Source: Thermoanaerobaculia bacterium
Lineage (GTDB): Bacteria; Acidobacteriota; Thermoanaerobaculia; Gp7-AA8
Length of the DNA stretch: 64,000 nucleotides
Assembly: GCA_041748075.1 (NCBI GenBank)
Contig: JBGTDX010000118.1
Location: 498-64,497, forward strand
Direction of reading: 5' to 3'
A program made the position numbers and the translations under genes. Shown piece after piece: positions 19,989 to 29,641 of the stretch (positions are counted from its first letter, which is position 1; the number at the start of each line of letters is the position of its first letter). The notes under the pieces are model-generated. The model was not told the DNA's origin and ran no database searches. It saw nothing but the letters and a program-made list of their open reading frames with translations.

Positions 19989-20554
19989 TGCTTCATCTCC
20001 CCGAGAACCCGAGGCAGATCCGCGAGTGTATGGATCGTGGCATCAGGCACGATCTCGAGGCCGTGATCAAACTCCGGAGCAACCGCCTGGCCCCTCGATT
20101 CAGGCTTGAAGAGAATGGCCCGCATCCCCGCCGCGTGCGCGCCATGAACATCGGCGTAGAGGCTGTCCCCGACGAATACGGCTTCAGCGTGTTCGGCTCC
20201 CAGTCCCTCGCAAAGCTTGTCGAAGATGGACCGGCGAGGTTTGCATTCGCCGTGTTCATTCGAGAACACCATGACATCGATCAACGATGAGAGTCCGTGC
20301 GCCGAGAGCACCTCGCGCAGCACGCCTCCCGGAGTGCGCCCTGTGTTGCTGATCAGACCCACGCCCAGATTCATTGTCCTCGAGGCCTCGAGCGCCCCGT
20401 GCGCATGCTCGATCTGAAGTGCAGTGTGCAGATATCCGCGCGACGTCAGAATCGACTCGATCGAGTGCAGGCGGAGTCTCTCCTGGCGGGCCGCAACCTC
20501 CGGCGTGTCGGTCAGAAGTGTTTCCCAGAGATCGAAGGCGACAGCTCTCAGCAT
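19985..20554 (-). CDS. HAD-superfamily hydrolase
   Basis: It has HAD motif I (AVAFDLWETLL) and motifs III/IV (FVGDSLYADVHGA). The start was set to ATG 20554; the track start at 20575 is a TTG. Confidence 0.75.
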   Translation of the reverse strand: MLRAVAFDLWETLLTDTPEVAARQERLRLHSIESILTSRGYLHTALQIEHAHGALEASRTMNLGVGLISNTGRTPGGVLREVLSAHGLSSLIDVMVFSNEHGECKPRRSIFDKLCEGLGAEHAEAVFVGDSLYADVHGAHAAGMRAILFKPESRGQAVAPEFDHGLEIVPDATIHTLADLPRVLGEMKQ

Positions 20555-20571
20555 ACGGGTCCCGACGGCAC

Positions 20572-20895
20572 TCAATTGAGCTTTACCCGGCCGGAAAAGC
20601 CCTCCTCGTATCCGTGAAAGTACTGCAGGGAAGTCTCCGGATACTTCCAGCAGTAGTAGCCGCTGCCGTTATCGAAGTCGATCAGCCACAGCCCCTTGAC
20701 ATCGATACCGAGAGCCATGATGGATCGGGCCCAGCCGTCAACGATCCGTTCGAACTCGATTTCCGCTTCGATCGGGGTGTCCCCCTGGCCGCTGACGAGT
20801 GATCCGAGCGTCTCGACTGCAGTGTGGGTCAGCCTCTGAACTTCAGGGAGAAGTGCAATCGCGTCCTCGTAGGAGAAAATTTTTCTATCGGGCAT
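20572..20895 (-). CDS. DUF2203-family protein
   Basis: It is 107 aa. The pattern ...GLWLIDFDNGSGYYCWKYPE..YFHGYEEGFSGR matches my recollection of DUF2203. Its function is unknown. Confidence 0.6.
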   Translation of the reverse strand: MPDRKIFSYEDAIALLPEVQRLTHTAVETLGSLVSGQGDTPIEAEIEFERIVDGWARSIMALGIDVKGLWLIDFDNGSGYYCWKYPETSLQYFHGYEEGFSGRVKLN

Positions 20896-20904
20896 GGGCT
20901 GGGG

Positions 20905-20923
20905 TTAGGATAGACGATCCTAA
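20905..20923. promoter_or_regulatory. Perfect 7-5-7 palindrome TTAGGAT-AGACG-ATCCTAA in the divergent acpP / DUF2203-operon promoter region
   Basis: Read directly. It lies 59 nt upstream of the acpP ATG and 10 nt upstream of the DUF2203 ATG. The TTAG...CTAA ends are reminiscent of FapR- or CIRCE-type operators. Confidence 0.3.
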
Positions 20924-20981
20924 GCGCATGTGTTAAAAGGTCGAAGCTAAATTTCCACGGCGGAAACTGGAGGAAAGTTCC

Positions 20982-21221
20982 ATGTCGGTAGAGGAAAGAG
21001 TCAAATCAATCATCGTCGAGCAATTGGGCGTCGACGCGGACGATGTCGTGCCCGATGCATCGTTCATCGAGGACCTCGGCGCCGATTCTCTCGATACAGT
21101 CGAGTTGATCATGGCGTTCGAAGAGGAGTTCAGCCTCGAGATCTCAGACGAAGAGGCGGAGAAGATCCGCCGCGTCAAGGACGCAGTGGAGTATATCGAC
21201 ACCCGCGCCAAAGCACAGTAG
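20982..21221 (+). CDS. acpP: Acyl carrier protein
   Basis: It has the [20 protein letters not shown] phosphopantetheine-attachment motif and is 79 aa. Confidence 0.97.
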   Translation: MSVEERVKSIIVEQLGVDADDVVPDASFIEDLGADSLDTVELIMAFEEEFSLEISDEEAEKIRRVKDAVEYIDTRAKAQ

Positions 21222-21249
21222 CTCCCCGCCCACGACGGCACCTTCTCCC

Positions 21250-21292
21250 GGAGAGGGGAAGCATCAAACTACTTCTGATGTTTTCCCTCTCC
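21250..21292 (+). other. 16-bp RNA stem-loop between acpP and fabF
   Basis: GGAGAGGGGAAGCATC (21250-21265) pairs with GATGTTTTCCCTCTCC (21277-21292). All 16 positions pair if two G.U pairs are allowed, which is valid only for the + strand transcript. No T-tract follows. Confidence 0.55.
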
Positions 21293-21306
21293 GCAACTAC
21301 ATCTGA

Positions 21307-22560
21307 ATGACTTTCTTGGAAAAACGACGCGTCGTAATCACCGGTATCGGCATGGTCTCGCCCCTCGGGATCGGAAACGAGGCGAACTGGAGTGGGCTGA
21401 TAGCCGGAAAGTCAGGCATCGGTAAGATCACCCGGTTCGACGCTTCGGACTACGCCTGCCGGATTGCCGGGGAGGTCGACGGATTCGAGCCCGAACTCTG
21501 GATCGAGAAGAAAGACGTCAAGAAATCCGATCTGTTCATTCACTATGCAATCGCGGCCGCGCAATTCGCCATGGACGACGCGGGCCTCACGATCGACGAA
21601 TCGAACCGTGACCGTGCCGGCGTGATCATCGGCTCCGGGATCGGTGGCCTTCCGTTGATCGAGGAGATGCACAAGAAACTGCTCGAGAGGGGTCCGTCGA
21701 GAGTTTCCCCGTTCTTCATTCCTGGCCTGATCGTGAACCTGGCTTCCGGTCAGGTATCGATCCGATTCGGCGCGCGAGGTCCGAACTCGGCACCTGCGAC
21801 GGCTTGTGCAACCGGGGCCCATGCGATCGGCGACGCCTTCAAGATCGTGCAACGGGATGACGCCGACATCATGATCGCCGGCGGTGCCGAAGCGGTGATC
21901 ACGCCTCTTGCACTCAGCGGATTCTCTGCGATGCGCGCGCTGTCGACCCGCAACGACGACCCCGCCGGGGCATCCCGACCCTGGGATCGCGATCGCGACG
22001 GATTCGTCATGGGCGAAGGTGCGGGTATCGTCATTCTGGAAGAGCGCGAGCGGGCTTTGTCCCGGGGCGCCAGCATCTATTGCGAGGTCACTGGTTACGC
22101 GATGTCGAGCGATGCCTATCACATCACAGCGCCGTCTGAGGATGGCTCCGGATCGAGCCGCGTGATGTCGCTCGCTCTACGAGACGCCGGGATCGAGCCG
22201 CATGAGATTGACTACATCAATGCGCACGGAACATCCACGCCACCCGGAGACAAATCCGAGACTCTCGCCATCAGGAGAGTGTTCGGAGACCATGCGGACA
22301 AGCTCGCAGTCAGCTCCACCAAATCGATGACCGGACATCTCCTCGGTGCCGCAGGAGGGCTCGAGTCCGCCATCTGCGCGATGGTCATTCGCGAAGGCGT
22401 CCTTCCTCCCACAATCAATTACGAGACTCCGGATCCCGAGTGCGACCTCGACTACGTGCCGAACAATGCGCGAACGACTCCCGTACGCAACGCCCTGTCG
22501 AACTCGTTCGGCTTCGGCGGCACGAACGCCTGCCTGGCATTCTCGAAACACGGAAACTGA
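21307..22560 (+). CDS. fabF: Beta-ketoacyl-ACP synthase II
   Basis: It has the active-site Cys context ([15 protein letters not shown]), the His motifs ([23 protein letters not shown]) and a C-terminal GFGGTNA. Confidence 0.96.
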   Translation: MTFLEKRRVVITGIGMVSPLGIGNEANWSGLIAGKSGIGKITRFDASDYACRIAGEVDGFEPELWIEKKDVKKSDLFIHYAIAAAQFAMDDAGLTIDESNRDRAGVIIGSGIGGLPLIEEMHKKLLERGPSRVSPFFIPGLIVNLASGQVSIRFGARGPNSAPATACATGAHAIGDAFKIVQRDDADIMIAGGAEAVITPLALSGFSAMRALSTRNDDPAGASRPWDRDRDGFVMGEGAGIVILEERERALSRGASIYCEVTGYAMSSDAYHITAPSEDGSGSSRVMSLALRDAGIEPHEIDYINAHGTSTPPGDKSETLAIRRVFGDHADKLAVSSTKSMTGHLLGAAGGLESAICAMVIREGVLPPTINYETPDPECDLDYVPNNARTTPVRNALSNSFGFGGTNACLAFSKHGN

Positions 22561-22585
22561 GGCGCACCTCCCCCCCCGGAAGCTG

Positions 22586-25228
22586 CTACCCGTCGTCGGG
22601 AGGGGGATCGGGGCTGGGCGACGGACTCGGCGCCTCCCTCACGGGCGGAGGAGGCAGCGGCACGGGAAGCCTCTCCTGAGTTGCCGTCGGAGCCGGGCTG
22701 GGCACCGCTATCGGCGGCGGCGTGGACCGCGGCTGCTGCGTCATCCCTGCTGGAGGGAGTACGACTGTGCCTGTATCCGTCCGGAAGGTCCCACCGCCAA
22801 GAACAGGATCCGTCGTAGTGCCGTATGGATCCATTGGGGGATCGCCATACGGCGAAATCGCGTAGGGATCGAACGGTACTGGTTCCGGAGGCGGCACGTG
22901 AGTCTGACAGAGCGTCGCCGGCTGCGTGCCGGCCTTGAATGTCTGCGTGACCACAACGTTCGATGGACAGAGTGGCGTCGCCAACCCTCCGCTGATCTCG
23001 TCCATCTGAACGGCCACCAGGCCGGCCGGGGCAGGGAAATCCAGATCGGGCCGGCCGTTGGTGATCTCGTTCATGTACCGGGCCCAGATCGGAACCGCGC
23101 CTTCCGAAGCCGAGACCCCGACCGGAGCGTTGTCATCGAATCCGATCCACGTCAGCGCCAGGGTCTGTGGAGTGAAACCGATGAACCACGCGTCGCGACC
23201 GTCATTCGTCGTTCCCGTCTTCCCTGCCGCAATCTTGCGGAAGCCCAGGCTCCGGGCGCGACTCCCGGTTCCACCATTCAGGACACCCTTCATGATATCG
23301 ACCGTGAGATAGACGTTGCGTGCCGGAAAAACCTGAACTGCTTCCACGCCTTCGGAGCTTGCGATGACGTCACCGCCGTCGTCAGTGACGAACTTCACGG
23401 CCCTGAGCGGGGTTCGCGAGCCCATCCTGGCAATCGTCGCGTATGAATCAGCCATCTGAATCGGAGGAATCCCCGTCGAGCCCAGGATCACAGCTGGATT
23501 CGAATCGATTTCTTCCCGTACGCCGAGAACTCTGGCGGTCTGCAGAACCGCATCGACGCCCGCAGCGAGACCGAGCCGAACCATCGAGGAATTGAGTGAC
23601 CGCACGAGCGCGCGGCGAACCGTCACGACTCCCTCGTAATGGTTGTTATAGTTGCGCGGCGACCAGTCTTTGCTGAATCGTCGCTCGAGAACGAATCGCT
23701 CATCGTTGATGAGCGTGGCGGGCGTAATGTTCTGATTCGACAGACTCGGCTCGAACGCTGCGAGGACGACGAACGGTTTGAACAGAGAACCCACCTGCCT
23801 CTTTGCGTTGAGCGCCCTGTTGAACTGGCTGCGAGTATAATTGCGCCCGCCAACCAGCGCACGAATCTCTCCGGATGGAACGTCCACGGCGATGATCGCA
23901 CCTTCGATCGGAACCTCGCGGCGGAGGCGGCGGTTCGACTTCTCGAGGCGCCCGAGGCCTTCTTCGAGCTGCGTGGCGGCAGCGTTCTGCCAATCGAGAT
24001 CAATCGCAGTATAGATGGAGAGCCCGCGACCCTTCACGTCGTCGATCCCGTAATCGTCGCGCAGTTCCTGAGTGACTCGATCGACGTAGAACGGAATCGA
24101 GGCCAGCCCGCCCCGGCTTCTGGTCGGTTTCTCCGGCAGATCTTCGGCTATCGCCTCAGCATATTGCTCCTGAGTCAGTTTCCCGTTCGAAAGCATCGAC
24201 TTCAGCACCGTGTCGCGACGGGTTCTGGCTCGCTCGGGGTTTTCAAACGGCGAGAGGTTGTTCGGAGAGCGGATCATCCCCGCAAGCATTGCAGCTTCAC
24301 CAGGCGTCACCTCCGAGATCGGTTTGCCGAAGTAAAAATGGGCAGCCTCGCCGACACCAAGGATCGAGATCGAGCGGTTGCGGCCGAGGTAGATGTCGTT
24401 GAGATAAGCTTCGATGATCTCCCGTTTGGAATACTTCGCATCGAGGATCACAGACATGAATGCCTCGACTACTTTCCGGCGGAAGGTCCGCTCGTTCGTC
24501 AGGTAATAGTTCTTGACGAGCTGCTGGGTGAGAGTGGAGCCTCCCTCTTCGACCTCACCGGCACGAACATTTCGAAAGAGTGCTCGAACAATACCGACCG
24601 GGTCGACGCCGGGATGCTGAAAGAAGCGCACGTCCTCGGTAACTACGACCGCATCCACGACGTGTTGGGGAATCTGATCGAGCGTTGCCGGCCTGCGGTT
24701 CTCCAGCGTGTCGCCGAAGATCGAGGTCAGAAGTTCGGGTTCGAGCGCCGGCTCCCCTGCAGTCGCACCTCCGTCGGATCCTATCACCGACTGTATCCGC
24801 CCCTCATCGAAAGTAACCACGACCTTCTGCGCTTCGCGACGTCCTCCCCGGTACTGGAACGAGCGAAGAAAGATCGAGAGCCCTCCATCAACCGACGCAT
24901 AATCGCCTGCCCGTTGCGGATCGTCTGACTCACGGTAGCCGAGGCGCTGGAGTTTCTCGAGGACTCTATTGGCTGTCATCTCTGCGCCGGTCCTCAGAGG
25001 AACCGCATCGGTGAATACGCGAGTGGGCAGCGACACCCGCCGTACTTCAAACGTCTTGATCGCCTGATAGTAGACATAGCCGGCGATGAGAATCGTAAGC
25101 AGGCCGACAACAATTACGGCGACGGAGATACCGCGGACAATCTTTCCCCTGCGCGAGAGGCGAGGCGTCGGATTGGCTGGAGCTGGCTCGTGCTGTGGAG
25201 GTGGTTGCGGAACGTTCGGGCCGGCCAT
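22586..25228 (-). CDS. Class A penicillin-binding protein (PBP1A-type transglycosylase/transpeptidase) with Pro-rich C-terminal tail
   Basis: It has GT51 motifs (VTEDVRFFQHPGVD, GGSTLTQQLVKN) and transpeptidase motifs SxxK (GSLFKPF), SxN (SLNSS) and KTG (GKTGTT). An N-terminal TM anchor is present. Confidence 0.95.
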   Translation of the reverse strand: MAGPNVPQPPPQHEPAPANPTPRLSRRGKIVRGISVAVIVVGLLTILIAGYVYYQAIKTFEVRRVSLPTRVFTDAVPLRTGAEMTANRVLEKLQRLGYRESDDPQRAGDYASVDGGLSIFLRSFQYRGGRREAQKVVVTFDEGRIQSVIGSDGGATAGEPALEPELLTSIFGDTLENRRPATLDQIPQHVVDAVVVTEDVRFFQHPGVDPVGIVRALFRNVRAGEVEEGGSTLTQQLVKNYYLTNERTFRRKVVEAFMSVILDAKYSKREIIEAYLNDIYLGRNRSISILGVGEAAHFYFGKPISEVTPGEAAMLAGMIRSPNNLSPFENPERARTRRDTVLKSMLSNGKLTQEQYAEAIAEDLPEKPTRSRGGLASIPFYVDRVTQELRDDYGIDDVKGRGLSIYTAIDLDWQNAAATQLEEGLGRLEKSNRRLRREVPIEGAIIAVDVPSGEIRALVGGRNYTRSQFNRALNAKRQVGSLFKPFVVLAAFEPSLSNQNITPATLINDERFVLERRFSKDWSPRNYNNHYEGVVTVRRALVRSLNSSMVRLGLAAGVDAVLQTARVLGVREEIDSNPAVILGSTGIPPIQMADSYATIARMGSRTPLRAVKFVTDDGGDVIASSEGVEAVQVFPARNVYLTVDIMKGVLNGGTGSRARSLGFRKIAAGKTGTTNDGRDAWFIGFTPQTLALTWIGFDDNAPVGVSASEGAVPIWARYMNEITNGRPDLDFPAPAGLVAVQMDEISGGLATPLCPSNVVVTQTFKAGTQPATLCQTHVPPPEPVPFDPYAISPYGDPPMDPYGTTTDPVLGGGTFRTDTGTVVLPPAGMTQQPRSTPPPIAVPSPAPTATQERLPVPLPPPPVREAPSPSPSPDPPPDDG

Positions 25229-25234
25229 GGAACC

Positions 25235-25996
25235 CTACCGCGCCACGATGGCAAGGTTGCGGCCGGCCCTCGGCCCGTTTCGACGATAGGAATGAAAGAT
25301 CGAACCCTCACAACGTGTGCAGAGGCCGGAGTCATGGATTGCGTCTGATGGAAAACCTTCCTGCTCCAGCAGATCCCTGGTAAGGCCGGCCAGATCGACG
25401 TGGGGCCGGACACCGGACGAGCGGTCGACGAAACGGTCGACATTCCCGTACGCGTCCCCCAACTGTTCGACGACTTCTTCGCCTACTTCGAAGCAGCACG
25501 AACGGATCGAGGGCCCGAGCCACGCGCTGGACCGACCAGCGTCGAATGCTGCATCCGCACGGAGTGTCGCAACCGTCCGGTTGACGATTCGCGCTGCGGC
25601 GCCGCGCCATCCGGAGTGAATATTCGCGATGATGGAATGGACGGGATCGATCAGGGTCACGGGCAGACAATCTGCAACCTTAATGCCGAGGGCTACGGCT
25701 TCGCTGGTTGTGAATAATGCGTCGCATCCGGAATGCTCGCACCATACCTTCCCGGGCTCCGCCCTTACGACTTCGACACCGTGAACCTGGCTGCAGGAAG
25801 CGAGTTCCGCGTCGATGTGGAACCTGTCTCTGAGGATTCTCCGCAACTCATCGATTGATGCGTTGTCGAGTGTTCCGGCCGAATCCGCTGACGTGTAGAA
25901 AAGCACGAATCCCGGGGGCAGGTTCGGAGCGATCACAATGCGACCTACCGATTGCGCATGATCGATGACCCACTCACTCCCCATGAAACCCTCCAT
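25235..25996 (-). CDS. pgeF: Peptidoglycan editing factor PgeF (YfiH/DUF152, Cu-oxidase_4 family)
   Basis: It has the characteristic HSGWRG motif (IANIHSGWRGAA), a conserved Cys/His pattern and the C-terminal SYRR. Confidence 0.85.
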   Translation of the reverse strand: MEGFMGSEWVIDHAQSVGRIVIAPNLPPGFVLFYTSADSAGTLDNASIDELRRILRDRFHIDAELASCSQVHGVEVVRAEPGKVWCEHSGCDALFTTSEAVALGIKVADCLPVTLIDPVHSIIANIHSGWRGAAARIVNRTVATLRADAAFDAGRSSAWLGPSIRSCCFEVGEEVVEQLGDAYGNVDRFVDRSSGVRPHVDLAGLTRDLLEQEGFPSDAIHDSGLCTRCEGSIFHSYRRNGPRAGRNLAIVAR

Positions 25997-26026
25997 CGAG
26001 GCTTGCTCTGGTGTGTTTACGGAACA

Positions 26027-26587
26027 CTAATGCGGCGGTTCCGGCGCGCCCTGCTCTCGCAGAACCACCAGCTCCGAGGTCACCAGACCGTAGAGAACCT
26101 TCGCCACGTCGAAGGGCGAGACTCCGATCGCGCGTGCGAGCCCGGTGATCGTCCTGACGCCGTCGATCTTCGTGATCAGGACCCATTCCTGCGGGTTCAG
26201 AGTGATCTGTTCCTGCCGGTGCTCCCGCGTGCTGAGCTCGGGGACCATATCCACCGACGGAATCTTTCTGGAAAGAATCCTCCACTCATCGATACGCCGC
26301 GCAGCTTCCATGAGCAGGTTCGTGTTGGACTTGGTGATGGTCTGCCTCGGGGGCTCCACCGTAGGCGAGAATTGGAACTCCCCCTGATTCCAGATCGCGA
26401 GCGCATAGATCGCTTCCTCGCCGGTCAGCTCACCGACTTCGGCGTGGATGATCTGGCCGTTCTTGAGAAAAATGACGCCGGTCGACGATTCACGAGTGAG
26501 GGTGAACTGTCCGGTCTTGCCGGACACGCTCACGAGCTGGATGATGTCGGGCAGAGGAAGTTCTTTGAGTGAACCCTGAAAAGCCAA
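26027..26587 (-). CDS. DUF4388 domain-containing protein
   Basis: The N-terminal FQGSLKELPLPDIIQLVSVSGKTGQFTL is the typical DUF4388 opening. The start was chosen as TTG 26587, about 7 nt after AAGGTGGGG. The track start at 26680 adds a non-conserved extension. Confidence 0.7.
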   Translation of the reverse strand: MAFQGSLKELPLPDIIQLVSVSGKTGQFTLTRESSTGVIFLKNGQIIHAEVGELTGEEAIYALAIWNQGEFQFSPTVEPPRQTITKSNTNLLMEAARRIDEWRILSRKIPSVDMVPELSTREHRQEQITLNPQEWVLITKIDGVRTITGLARAIGVSPFDVAKVLYGLVTSELVVLREQGAPEPPH

Positions 26588-26705
26588 TCGCACCCCACCT
26601 TGTCGAAGTTGTCGAATGAAGCCGGCGGTGCCTCGCGACGGGCCTGGAAGCCGCATCCGGATGGAGCAAGCCGGGGGCAAAGCGTAGCGCAGGCGTCACC
26701 CCTCG

Positions 26706-27212
26706 TCAAGGCTCGGAGCGAGCGACGTGATCAGGCGTAAGCGTTTCGAATTTCAATATTTTCTGCCGCGCCCGGGCACTCGATTCGACTGCTCCGAGAC
26801 ACCAGACTGCAAAACCCCACCCAGCCAGAATTCCCGTCATCGTCCGCAGTTCGTTGAAACTCTCGCGCAGACCGGCCGCCTGCGAGACCCCGTCGAGCGC
26901 GAGGGGAACCGTCAGCGCAATCAGGCCAATCAGAGGCAGAGAATGGGAGCGGAGAACCGCTACCCCGGCGAAGGCGACCACTCCGAGCAGAAGCCCGGCA
27001 TAGATCGCGAAACAGCGAGAACAGATCGGCATGGGAGTATCCCAGAGAATCAGACACCGGCTCTCGAGCCCGTGACACATGACACGGAAGAGAATCCGCA
27101 ACTTCGGTGACGCGCCGGCCGCGATGATCCCCGTACAAGCCGTCACTGCCGCCAGGATACCCAGGGATACCAGCCCGAGCATCCCTCCGACGAGCCTGGT
27201 CTCCCGTGTCAT
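26706..27212 (-). CDS. DUF2085 family membrane protein
   Basis: It has the CH....C....P.CSRC.AIYAG pattern (MCHGLESRC...PICSRCFAIYAGLLLG) plus TM helices. It shares an ATGA overlap with the upstream gene. Confidence 0.7.
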   Translation of the reverse strand: MTRETRLVGGMLGLVSLGILAAVTACTGIIAAGASPKLRILFRVMCHGLESRCLILWDTPMPICSRCFAIYAGLLLGVVAFAGVAVLRSHSLPLIGLIALTVPLALDGVSQAAGLRESFNELRTMTGILAGWGFAVWCLGAVESSARARQKILKFETLTPDHVARSEP

Positions 27213-27916
27213 TTCACCGTAGAGAGGCGATGCGTCTCGGCGAACGCCCAGGTCGTCATCACCAGAGAGAGAAAATTAGTAAAGAAGATACCGATGCAGC
27301 ACAGCAGCAGCCCGAACTGGCTTGCAAAGTTGGCAACGATGTAAACGAGGATGGCGAGTACGTAATTGACGGCGTTCGCCTTGATGTACGTGAAAATCGT
27401 GCCTAGCTCGAAGGCAGCGCCTGCGCGGCCCAGCACAGCAGCGCGCGTGATCGCAGCCGGTACGATGACCATCAGCACGAGCAGAATCGGAAAAACCAGA
27501 CAGAGCAGAACTCCGCCCAGCATCTCGCTCGCCGTGTCTGCGCCCTGGCTCTCGAGGATCCCCGCCGGGATCGCCACCATGAAAACCAGAAGGATCAGCG
27601 GCAGGGAGTATGCCAGGCCAACCATAACGAGCTTGAACCCCTCGACGAAGTACTCGCCCAGATCATCCCAGTCGGGCAGAGGTCGCTCCATGCCGGCCGC
27701 GACGTTCCGGGCGAGTCGCGCCAGGTACCCCACAACGAAAAAGTGCCCCACGAGCAGCAGTCCGAGCAACGAGAAAAGCCCACCGATCAGCGTCTTGCTC
27801 AGCCAGTCCGGATCCTGGAACGGAAAGGTGAACGCTTTGCCGAAGTCCAGAGATGCCGCACTCGTGGAGCTCGGAGGCGGGGCGGGCGTCGGCGGAACTG
27901 GAGGATGACTCGTCAC
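27209..27916 (-). CDS. DUF4013 domain-containing membrane protein
   Basis: The N-terminal FTFPFQDPDWLSKTLIGGLF...VVGYLARLARNVA...PLPDW pattern is typical of DUF4013. Multiple TM helices are present. Confidence 0.7.
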   Translation of the reverse strand: MTSHPPVPPTPAPPPSSTSAASLDFGKAFTFPFQDPDWLSKTLIGGLFSLLGLLLVGHFFVVGYLARLARNVAAGMERPLPDWDDLGEYFVEGFKLVMVGLAYSLPLILLVFMVAIPAGILESQGADTASEMLGGVLLCLVFPILLVLMVIVPAAITRAAVLGRAGAAFELGTIFTYIKANAVNYVLAILVYIVANFASQFGLLLCCIGIFFTNFLSLVMTTWAFAETHRLSTVK

Positions 27917-28103
27917 GGATTCTCCTCAGCACATGAAGGATACAGTGGCAAGAACGTTGGAACCTCGGTGCAGTTCGAGAGTCTAACATGCAGAGTACAG
28001 GACCAGATGGTACGAACCGTAACCCGCAAGTTGCACGGGAGCTGGAAGAAACGGTGAACCCGTTTCCTTTTACGTCGAAGGCAGACTGCACTTGGAAAAG
28101 CAA

Positions 28104-29036
28104 ATGGATCTCATCGGCGAGCCGCCGAAAGGGCGGGGGATCGGCCCTGCAGTCTCGATCTCCCTGCTTCTGCACGCGAGCCTTCTTCTGCTATTCACCC
28201 TCAATCGCCCCGCAGAGGAAATCAAGGGAGGAGAGCAGGCCGCTCGCTTCGTCCAGATACTCCGGCAGGCGCCACAGTCGGCACCGCAGTTCGAGCAGGC
28301 ACCCGGGCCTGCGATCGAGCAGCAGGTCCCCCTCGATGCATCCTTTTCGAATGCAAACCGCCGGGCGAGTATGCCGAGCCCGACGGGAGACCAGCCCACG
28401 CGCAGACCCGGAGAGGGTGGGATCTATGTTCCAGGAGCGGCCCCAGTCCCTCCACAGGGCAGACCTGACGGGGAATCGCTCACAAGACCTCTCGATCCTG
28501 CTGCCACATCACGGAACGCGGAGCAACCGACAGCGGAAGCTGTACAGGCGTCGTCAGCCTTTCAGACTCCGGTGAACCGCGCAGCGGCAGAGTCCGCTCC
28601 CCGCGGGATCGACTGGAACTCGGCAATCCAGGAGGTTGGCAAGATCGCGTCGCTGGGCGGCGAAGGGGTTGGGGCTCCTGGAGGAGAACCAGGGTTCGCC
28701 GAGAGCGGCCCGATCTCATTCGAGACCCAGTGGTACGAATGGGGCGACTACGCCGATCACATGGTGAACAAGATTCGCCGGCACTGGTATGACAACATGC
28801 CGAGCCTGATCCGCATGGGGATGAAGGGCGTGGTGACGATTCAGTTCACGATCCAGCGCAGCGGAACGATCACTGACATCCGCATCCTGAAGAGCTCGGA
28901 GATTCCGCCATTCGACTTCGCGGCGAAGAAAGCGATCGAGCTCGCATCTCCTCTGCGTCCCTTGCCAGCCGATTTCCCCAACCGCAGCGAGCGCGTCACA
29001 GCGCAGTTCTACTACAACCTCACGCCGAAGAAATAG
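28104..29036 (+). CDS. TonB C-terminal domain protein (orphan TonB paralogue)
   Basis: It has an N-terminal anchor (GPAVSISLLLHASLLLLF), a Pro/Ala-rich linker and a C-terminal TonB_C-like fold (GVVTIQFTIQRSGTITDIRILKSS...AAKKAIE). The start was set to ATG 28104; TTG 28092 is also possible. Confidence 0.7.
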   Translation: MDLIGEPPKGRGIGPAVSISLLLHASLLLLFTLNRPAEEIKGGEQAARFVQILRQAPQSAPQFEQAPGPAIEQQVPLDASFSNANRRASMPSPTGDQPTRRPGEGGIYVPGAAPVPPQGRPDGESLTRPLDPAATSRNAEQPTAEAVQASSAFQTPVNRAAAESAPRGIDWNSAIQEVGKIASLGGEGVGAPGGEPGFAESGPISFETQWYEWGDYADHMVNKIRRHWYDNMPSLIRMGMKGVVTIQFTIQRSGTITDIRILKSSEIPPFDFAAKKAIELASPLRPLPADFPNRSERVTAQFYYNLTPKK

Positions 29037-29132
29037 CCCCTTCAGTCCACTTCCTCGAATCGAACCCTTCCCTCAGCGTGTACGATAAGTGCGTTCTGAT
29101 GGCCGCACGAAAGCCAGCCTCGGGACAGGAGA

Positions 29133-29516
29133 ATGGACAATATGAGCGATGAGCACTTCACCCCCAGGGATGTGGTTCGGGTTCCCAAACCGTGGGGCCA
29201 CGAACTGATCTGGGGCAAAACGGACCGCTACGTGGGCAAGGTGCTGCACGTGAACCGCGGCGAGAGTCTGAGCCGGCAGTACCACAATGTGAAGGATGAG
29301 ACGCTCTATCTGATCAGCGGAAAGATCCGGCTGACGTTGAAGTGGGAAGAGGAAGAGCGGACTGTCACGATGGAAGTCGGCGATTCGTACCACATCCCTC
29401 CCCGGCTGATTCACCAGATCGAAGCAATCGAGGATTCGGACATCGTCGAGGTGTCGACCCCGGAGCTGGACGATGTGGTGCGGCTGGCGGATCGGTACGG
29501 AAGAACGGGAACGTGA
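29133..29516 (+). CDS. Cupin-domain protein (mannose-6-phosphate isomerase type II C-terminal-like)
   Basis: PWGHELIW...GESLSRQYHNVKDETLYLISG matches the cupin_2/MPI-like motif. AGGAG lies 2-6 nt upstream of the ATG. Confidence 0.7.
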   Translation: MDNMSDEHFTPRDVVRVPKPWGHELIWGKTDRYVGKVLHVNRGESLSRQYHNVKDETLYLISGKIRLTLKWEEEERTVTMEVGDSYHIPPRLIHQIEAIEDSDIVEVSTPELDDVVRLADRYGRTGT

Positions 29517-29641
29517 CGTGACAGCCTCAGTGTCCAGGCAACGGGGACGGAATGGGTAGAGGGCTGACAATGTGAAAGCCCGCCACCCGGTCGCAACTCC
29601 GCCGGGCAGCGGGCCGCCTGTCTTCTGCGATCTTTCTTACT

